Origin: Candidatus Levyibacteriota bacterium
GTDB lineage: Bacteria > Patescibacteriota > Microgenomatia > Levybacterales > UBA12049
NCBI GenBank assembly: GCA_027459745.1
Contig: DAIDHL010000004.1
Span: forward strand, 79,240 to 143,239
Length of the DNA stretch: 64,000 bases
Reading direction: 5' to 3'
How positions within the stretch are numbered: position 1 is the stretch's first letter; every line of letters begins with the position of its first letter. The notes beneath the pieces were generated by a model. It was not told the DNA's origin and ran no database searches. It was given only the letters and a program-made list of their open reading frames with translations. Shown piece by piece: positions 58,373 to 64,000 of this stretch. The translations under genes and the position numbers were made by a program.

Positions 58373-61306
58373 ATGCTAAATACAGTTGACTTAAGAACAC
58401 TTAATGATGAACAAAAAACAGCTGTTACCCACGAGAAAGGACCTTTATTGATCATTGCTGGTGCTGGTACAGGAAAAACAACTGTCATTACTAAACGTAT
58501 TCAATATTTAATATTGGAGAGAGAAATTAACCCACAGAATATTTTGGCACTCACCTTTACCGAAAAAGCCGCATCTGAAATGGAAACCAGAATAGATGAG
58601 ATTCTTCCTTATGGGTACACGGACATGTGGATAGAAACATTTCATGCATTTTGCGACCGACTTCTTCGACAAGAAGCCATCCATCTTGGTCTTGATCCCA
58701 CCTATGAACTTATGACCGAAGCAGAAACATTGCTTTTTATGCGCAAAAATTTATTTAAATTTGAGCTGGATTATTTTCGTCCCCTGGGTAATCCGTTAAA
58801 ATTTCTGCAGGGTATGATACAACATTTCAGCCGTCTTAAAGATGATGATGTTACACCTGAAGCTTATCTAAAATATGCTAAAAATCTGAGCCAAGAAATC
58901 CAAGAGAGTGAGATCAAACAAACTCTAGAACTAGCCAACGCATATCTTGAATATGAAAAGTTAAAAACACAAAACGGAATGATGGATTTTTCTGATTTGA
59001 TCTCCAATACATTAAAGCTTTTTCGCATGCGTCCTCATGTATTAAAAAAATATCAAAGTCTATTTCAGTATATTTTAGTAGACGAGTTTCAAGATACCAA
59101 TTATGCGCAAAATGAAATGGCTATTTTATTAGCCGGTGATAAACAAAATATAGCCGTCGTAGGAGATGATGATCAATCGATTTACCGTTGGCGAGGAGCA
59201 GCAATTTCTAACATGTTGCAGTTTCGCTCTCATTTTCCTAAAGCCAAAGTAGTGACTTTAAATAAGAACTATCGTAGTTCACAAAGTATTTTAGATAGTT
59301 CATATCAGTTGATTCAAAACAATAATCCCGATCGTTTGGAAGTTAAAGAAGGAATAGATAAAAAATTAACCGCTATGAGAAAAAACATTAATGTTTCCAA
59401 ACACGGAGTGGACTTCATTTATACCAATAATGTAGATGAAGAGGCAGAAGAGATTGCTAAAACAATTAAAATTTTAATGAAAAATAACGAGCGTAAATAT
59501 AACGAATTCGCTATTTTGGTTCGTGCAAATGATCATGCTATTCCATTCCAACGAGCGTTGGACAGAGCTAAAATTCCTTACCAGTTTTTAGGTCCCGGTC
59601 ACCTATTTGAACAACCAGAAATAAAAGACCTCTTATCTTACTTAAAAGTACTAGCCAATTTTGAAGATGCAGCATCATTATATCGTATTTTAACTATGGG
59701 GATTTTTGCTTTGCAAGCCAGAGACATTGCTGCTTTACTTAATTATTCCAAAAAACAAAATGTTTCATTATTTGAAAGTATGGAAGATGTGGACAATACT
59801 GTGCTCACGACTGATGGAAAAGAAAAAGTTAAAAAAATAGTGGAGATGATTAAAAGACATTTGTCTCATGTGCCGCAGCAGACCGCCGGCCAAATTCTAT
59901 ACTATTTTTTTGAGGACTCAGGTTTAATGGGTTATTACTTAGATCCCAAAACTCTTAAAACTGAAAGGGAAGCACAAAATGTAGCTAAATTTTTTGACAA
60001 ACTACAAAATTTTGCTGCCAACCATGAGGATGCTTCCATTTTCGCAGTAGTCGATTGGATTGATTTATCAATGGAAATGGGTGAAAGTCCAATAGCAGCA
60101 GAAATTGATTGGACTAACAATAATGCTGTGAATATTTTGACAGTTCACTCAAGTAAAGGTCTTGAGTTTCCTGTTGTTTTTGTGGTTAATTTAGTGACTC
60201 AACGTTTTCCCAGCCGAGATCGCAAAGAACAAATCCCTGTCCCTCAAGCCTTAATTAAAGAAGAACTTCCTACTGGAGATGAAAACATACAGGAGGAAAG
60301 ACGGTTATGTTATGTTGCTATGACCCGTGCTAAAGATAATTTATTTCTAACTGCATCTAGATTTTATGGTGAAAGCCGAAGAGAAAGAAAGTTGTCGCCC
60401 TTTATTCTAGAAGCAATTGGTTCAGAAGAATTAGAAAAAAAAGTTCAAAAACAAAATTTAGAACAAAATTCTCAACAACTGTCATTACTGGATATGTTTA
60501 ATGAAAATACTAAAAACGAACAAACCACACTATCATTAGAAGTATCACAGGCTAAACCTCAAACATTATTTCCTATCACCTATATCTCCTATTCTCAGAT
60601 TCAAACTTTTGATGTCTGCCCAATGCATTTCAAACTGCGTTACATTTTAAACTTACCATCTCCAGAATCTCCAGCTTTAAGTTATGGTATTAGCGTACAT
60701 AACACACTAAAAGACGGTTTCACTTATTTCCTGCAAAAGAAAGATCTAACTGAAGTAGAGATCAAAGAATTACTTCACCGCAATTGGCTAAAAAAAGGCT
60801 ATTCCAGTAAAGAGCATGAACTAAAAGCTTTTCAACAGGCTGAGAAAATGTTGATCAGATATCTTTTAACTTGCAATGAAATTAAACCGCAAACACTGGC
60901 GGTTGAATTACCATTTCAATTCTGGCTTAACCGCATTAAAATAGGTGGCAGGATAGACCGTATTGATCAATTATCCGATGGCAGAATAGAAATCATAGAT
61001 TACAAAACTGGTAATAATGTACCCGATGAGAAAAAATTATTAACTGATATGCAGTTAACCTTTTATGCATTAGCCGCCAGTGAGGTGCATGATAAACTGT
61101 TAAATCGTCGCCCCGAAGAGGTGGCACTTACACTTTATTATATTGAACCTGATATTAAACTAACGACCACCCGTACAGCAGAACGATTAGAAGAAGCTAA
61201 ACAATTTATTTTGGATAAAATCAAGGAAATCTCTTCCAGTGATTTCCAATGTACTCATGGCAGACTCTGTATGAATTGTGAGTATAAGATGATTTGTAAT
61301 GCCTGA
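58373..61306 (+). CDS. UvrD/PcrA-like SF1A helicase fused to PD-(D/E)XK nuclease
   Basis: AGAGTGKT, DEFQD, GDDDQSIY, TVHSSKGLEF, EERRLCYVAMTRA; GRIDRID, IIDYKTG, Cys cluster; ATG 58373 preferred. Confidence 0.93.
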   Translation: MLNTVDLRTLNDEQKTAVTHEKGPLLIIAGAGTGKTTVITKRIQYLILEREINPQNILALTFTEKAASEMETRIDEILPYGYTDMWIETFHAFCDRLLRQEAIHLGLDPTYELMTEAETLLFMRKNLFKFELDYFRPLGNPLKFLQGMIQHFSRLKDDDVTPEAYLKYAKNLSQEIQESEIKQTLELANAYLEYEKLKTQNGMMDFSDLISNTLKLFRMRPHVLKKYQSLFQYILVDEFQDTNYAQNEMAILLAGDKQNIAVVGDDDQSIYRWRGAAISNMLQFRSHFPKAKVVTLNKNYRSSQSILDSSYQLIQNNNPDRLEVKEGIDKKLTAMRKNINVSKHGVDFIYTNNVDEEAEEIAKTIKILMKNNERKYNEFAILVRANDHAIPFQRALDRAKIPYQFLGPGHLFEQPEIKDLLSYLKVLANFEDAASLYRILTMGIFALQARDIAALLNYSKKQNVSLFESMEDVDNTVLTTDGKEKVKKIVEMIKRHLSHVPQQTAGQILYYFFEDSGLMGYYLDPKTLKTEREAQNVAKFFDKLQNFAANHEDASIFAVVDWIDLSMEMGESPIAAEIDWTNNNAVNILTVHSSKGLEFPVVFVVNLVTQRFPSRDRKEQIPVPQALIKEELPTGDENIQEERRLCYVAMTRAKDNLFLTASRFYGESRRERKLSPFILEAIGSEELEKKVQKQNLEQNSQQLSLLDMFNENTKNEQTTLSLEVSQAKPQTLFPITYISYSQIQTFDVCPMHFKLRYILNLPSPESPALSYGISVHNTLKDGFTYFLQKKDLTEVEIKELLHRNWLKKGYSSKEHELKAFQQAEKMLIRYLLTCNEIKPQTLAVELPFQFWLNRIKIGGRIDRIDQLSDGRIEIIDYKTGNNVPDEKKLLTDMQLTFYALAASEVHDKLLNRRPEEVALTLYYIEPDIKLTTTRTAERLEEAKQFILDKIKEISSSDFQCTHGRLCMNCEYKMICNA

Positions 61307-61307
61307 T

Positions 61308-61886
61308 TCAGGAGAAATGTGGACTGCCAATCGTACTTAATACATCTGATAATTGTTTTTCCTCCACAGTATCTGGCTCAATTCCCTCTTTTTTTAATAA
61401 AATCCGACCCAAAATAATTTCCTTAGCCTTTGTTGCATCGCTTACCGTTAAAGCTCCGATTCTTAAAGGATCCTTTTCACCCTTAATATAGAGCACCAAC
61501 GTACCCAAAAATAACGTAAATTCGCATTCAACATCTTCTACTTCATCTAGAATTATAGTTTTTACAGCAAAAGATTTGATAAAGTAAGATTGGTAAATGG
61601 TTATCTTCTCTTCATCTACTATAATCTCATCAGGAAAAAAATCAAATGGAAACCTACCTTTAATATGCAATAAGGTTCGCTTGGATTTATTTTTTAGTTT
61701 GTTTATCTCACTTTTTGTAGTGTCTTTTTTGTCTTCTGGTCTATCCTCCTTAGCTCGTTGCTCTAATGTTTGTTGGTCACTTGCCTGGTTTTGGGCAAGA
61801 GGTATCAAATTTTTATTTGCCAATCCACCCTTAGAGCCTGTTAATTTTATGCATTTATTTTCAAATATGATCTTTTCTGTTTTCAT
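61308..61886 (-). CDS. Hypothetical protein (possible bacterial PH-like domain)
   Basis: FPFDFFPDEIIVDEEKITI...LFLGTL; start uncertain. Confidence 0.6.
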   Translation of the reverse strand: MKTEKIIFENKCIKLTGSKGGLANKNLIPLAQNQASDQQTLEQRAKEDRPEDKKDTTKSEINKLKNKSKRTLLHIKGRFPFDFFPDEIIVDEEKITIYQSYFIKSFAVKTIILDEVEDVECEFTLFLGTLVLYIKGEKDPLRIGALTVSDATKAKEIILGRILLKKEGIEPDTVEEKQLSDVLSTIGSPHFS

Positions 61887-61984
61887 TCTTTAAGCCTAAC
61901 ATTCAAACGTAAAAATAGGGTAATAATAAGCATAAGATTAGGTCAAACAGCGGTTTCTGAGGCTAGTAATTCACACAACAAAAC

Positions 61985-62013
61985 TTGCTCTCCCATAGTA
62001 TTTAGAGTAGAAT
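61985..62013 (+). promoter_or_regulatory. rnpB promoter
   Basis: TTGCTC-17 bp-TAGAAT, about 7 nt before helix P1. Confidence 0.7.
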
Positions 62014-62019
62014 AGACTT

Positions 62020-62418
62020 GTTCTCGGAGAGCCGGACCACTACTACGTTCAGTTATTTGAACGTAGAGGAAAGTCCAGGCAGCACATATACATGGGATGG
62101 AGCACAAGCTCCAACCCAGTTAGATATTTATTATTTAACTGGTCTAGTGTCTCAACCTTTTACTCACATGTGAGGTTGAGAACAGATTCTGAATTGACAG
62201 AATTTGCGAGCAACAGAGACGAGTGAGTATGAAACGGGCAATCCTACCTGCTGCAACTTCCGAAAGCTGTGTCTGATCTGTATATGGAAAACAGCGAAGC
62301 ATGAAGGCATTCTGTTAAAAGCGGAACAATGTGATGTAACGTCATATTGAGATAGATTGTGGTCTAATCTCACCAAACTGAGATGAAACAAAACCTGGCT
62401 TATGAGCTTTCCGAGAAT
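62020..62418 (+). ncRNA. rnpB: RNase P RNA
   Basis: P1 TTCTCGGAGAGC/GCTTTCCGAGAA; GAGGAAAGTCC; GCAACAGAGAC; TGAAACGG; AGATAGAT; AACAAAACCTGGCTTA. Confidence 0.95.
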
Positions 62419-62421
62419 AAA

Positions 62422-62823
62422 TTAATTTGTTGGGGAAGTCTTCTGATTCAAACTATCTAAATAATTTTTTACTTCATTTAATAAATCCGCAGGAGTAATC
62501 TGGCTTTTTATAATATATCCGTTACCTAAATCCAACGCTTTCTTAATATCAGCCTCATTATCCAGATTAGTAAGGAAAACTGTACACTTATTAGTCAACT
62601 GAATTTGTTCTTCTTTTAACTTTTCCATCACCTGAATTCCATCCATAATAGGCAAAACAATGTCCAATAAAACTAAATCATATCCTCCTGCTTTAATTTT
62701 ATCGTATGCCTCTTGACCGTTCACAGCCAAATCCACTGCATAACCTGCTGTTAAAAGGGTTTCGTTGTACAAATCTCTAAGAAATAAATCGTCTTCTACT
62801 AAAAGAAGCTTTTTTTTATCCAT
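62422..62823 (-). CDS. Single-domain response regulator (receiver only)
   Basis: LLVEDD, LLDIVLPIMDG, LTN, YIIK. Confidence 0.93.
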   Translation of the reverse strand: MDKKKLLLVEDDLFLRDLYNETLLTAGYAVDLAVNGQEAYDKIKAGGYDLVLLDIVLPIMDGIQVMEKLKEEQIQLTNKCTVFLTNLDNEADIKKALDLGNGYIIKSQITPADLLNEVKNYLDSLNQKTSPTN

Positions 62824-62858
62824 ATCTTTAAGGGGCAGTATGAAATCTTACCTCAAAA

Positions 62859-63374
62859 CTATCTAGTTAAAGAAAGATTAGGTGTAACACCGTCTATTGC
62901 TTCTGCATCAGGAGCATAAACTGTTATACGATTGTTAGTAGCAGAGACTGAAATTTGATAACCAGTATCATAACTAGAAGAACAAGCAATTTGAGTTCCA
63001 TTATTTATACTTGGATCTTCAGGTAAGGCGGCGACATATGAAGGGACAATTGCTGAACATATATCAGCTTGTCCTACAGCACTATTAGGATAAGGAGAAG
63101 TTAAACCTGCACCCAATTCATAAAGCTTACCATCAGCAGTTAAACCCGTTGGGAGTTTGCCATGATGATCTGCCAAATATTGACTCACAGCATCCAAAAT
63201 AGTCTTGACTGAACTTTGTCTTTCTGTGTTATTCGCTTGAGCAAACTGACGAGCAGGATTAATAGCTACTAATACAATTCCCATCAAAACCGCCAAAATA
63301 CCAATGACAATTAATAATTCGATAAGGGTGAAGCCTTGTTGAAATTTAGAAGTTTTTAAATTTGCAAAATTCAT
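62859..63374 (-). CDS. Type IV pilin / prepilin-type protein
   Basis: QGFTLIELLIVIGIL N-methylation motif; AINPARQFAQA; two Cys. Confidence 0.92.
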   Translation of the reverse strand: MNFANLKTSKFQQGFTLIELLIVIGILAVLMGIVLVAINPARQFAQANNTERQSSVKTILDAVSQYLADHHGKLPTGLTADGKLYELGAGLTSPYPNSAVGQADICSAIVPSYVAALPEDPSINNGTQIACSSSYDTGYQISVSATNNRITVYAPDAEAIDGVTPNLSLTR

Positions 63375-63458
63375 ATTTATTTAAGTATGTATTTAGTATT
63401 AAATGTTTACAGTTGTTTGTCAACTAGTATTAAATATATCTCATTAATGCAATTTAAC

Positions 63459-63492
63459 AAAAAAGAAGAAGCTTAGGCACCAGCTTCTTCTT
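63459..63492 (-). terminator. Intrinsic terminator after HU
   Basis: Minus strand AAGAAGAAGCT-loop-AGCTTCTTCTT followed by a T-tract. Confidence 0.8.
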
Positions 63493-63513
63493 CAATGTTA
63501 TTAAAATTAAAAA

Positions 63514-63786
63514 CTACTTAACTACTTTACGCAATGTTTTACCAGGTGTAAAACCTGGTGATTTGTGAGCAGCAATGGTAATTTTTCCCCCCGTATGAGG
63601 ATTTCTTCCTGACTTAGCAGCTTTTTTACGAATAGAAAATGTACCAAAACCAGTGATTACTACTTTTTCTCCTCTTTTTAATGAATCACGGATAGCATTA
63701 AGCATGACATCGACTGCTTCGCGAGAAGCTCGATTAGTTAAGTTTGCTTTCTTGGCAATTAGTTCAATTAAATCTCTTTTGGTCAA
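63514..63786 (-). CDS. hup: HU-family DNA-binding protein
   Basis: GFGTF, GRNPHTG; TTG start downstream of SD AAGGAGGTG gives the canonical N-terminus MTKRDLI. Confidence 0.93.
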   Translation of the reverse strand: MTKRDLIELIAKKANLTNRASREAVDVMLNAIRDSLKRGEKVVITGFGTFSIRKKAAKSGRNPHTGGKITIAAHKSPGFTPGKTLRKVVK

Positions 63787-63881
63787 GTTATTCACCTCCT
63801 TTTAAATTATATGTAACACGTTTAGACTTACAGTACAATCAAATTGGGATATTGTCAAGAAGAATTGTGGGCACTTATCCC

Positions 63882-63910
63882 TTGACAACAAGTAATATTT
63901 AATTTATAAT
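63882..63910 (+). promoter_or_regulatory. Consensus sigma70 promoter upstream of the edge ORF
   Basis: TTGACA-17 bp-TATAAT. Confidence 0.75.
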
Positions 63911-63922
63911 ACAGCTAGATAT

Positions 63923-64000
63923 ATGAAATATACGCTAGCTCAATTTAATAATACCTTTCCTACTAACGACTTATGTCTTGAAGCAATTAAAAATCTACGT
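63923..64000 (+). mobile_element. Probable IS1595-family transposase, first 26 codons (truncated by window)
   Basis: MKYTLAQFNNTFPTNDLCLEAIKNLR resembles the F-x3-FP-x4-C...R segment that precedes the IS1595 zinc ribbon. Confidence 0.6.

Noticed and set aside
60560-61306. Cas4/CRISPR adaptation gene
   Set aside because: It is the fused nuclease domain of a UvrD helicase; no cas1/cas2 or array nearby
62164-62391. 75-aa minus-strand ORF
   Set aside because: Antisense to the RNase P RNA; no protein motifs
1-64000. tRNA, rRNA or prophage genes
   Set aside because: No cloverleaf or rRNA signatures in the short intergenic gaps and no phage hallmark genes recognised by eye

Overview
AT-rich bacterial chromosome window using the standard code (TGA is a stop). 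Gene content suggests a Patescibacteria/CPR genome, most like Microgenomates; this is inferred from the short IF-2, degenerate DHH protein, CPR-type pilins, DUF5663-like protein, membrane-anchored Clp ATPase and many apparently leaderless genes. Housekeeping blocks are nusA-infB, hrcA-grpE-dnaK-dnaJ with a CIRCE operator, metG-tatD plus a surface glycosylation cluster, lysS, murB, greA, tsaD, rmuC, a UvrD-nuclease fusion, the RNase P RNA, a type IV pilin and HU. The start of a probable IS1595-type transposase lies at the right edge. The most interesting region is 42.0-48.7 kb, between greA/murB and lysS. It holds a LysW carrier-protein (alpha-aminoadipate) lysine operon, lysW-lysX-lysY-homocitrate synthase-lysZ-lysJ, with no lysK. 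The operon instead ends in an N-terminal-Cys class II glutamine-amidotransferase-like (EgtC/YafJ/Dug3-type) hydrolase, a plausible non-orthologous release enzyme. A divergent ACT-domain protein with an 18-bp palindrome over its promoter sits upstream, and a LysRS fused to a DUF2000-like domain sits downstream. A second candidate system at 6.3-18.7 kb combines a VirB2-like pilin, a VirB6-like membrane protein with helical repeats, two Clp/Hsp100 ATPases lacking the IGF loop and M-domain (one membrane-anchored and degenerate) and an M4 protease. A third is a collagen-repeat protein/DUF5663 locus at 26.9-31.3 kb. All family calls come from motif recognition by eye; no database searches were run.
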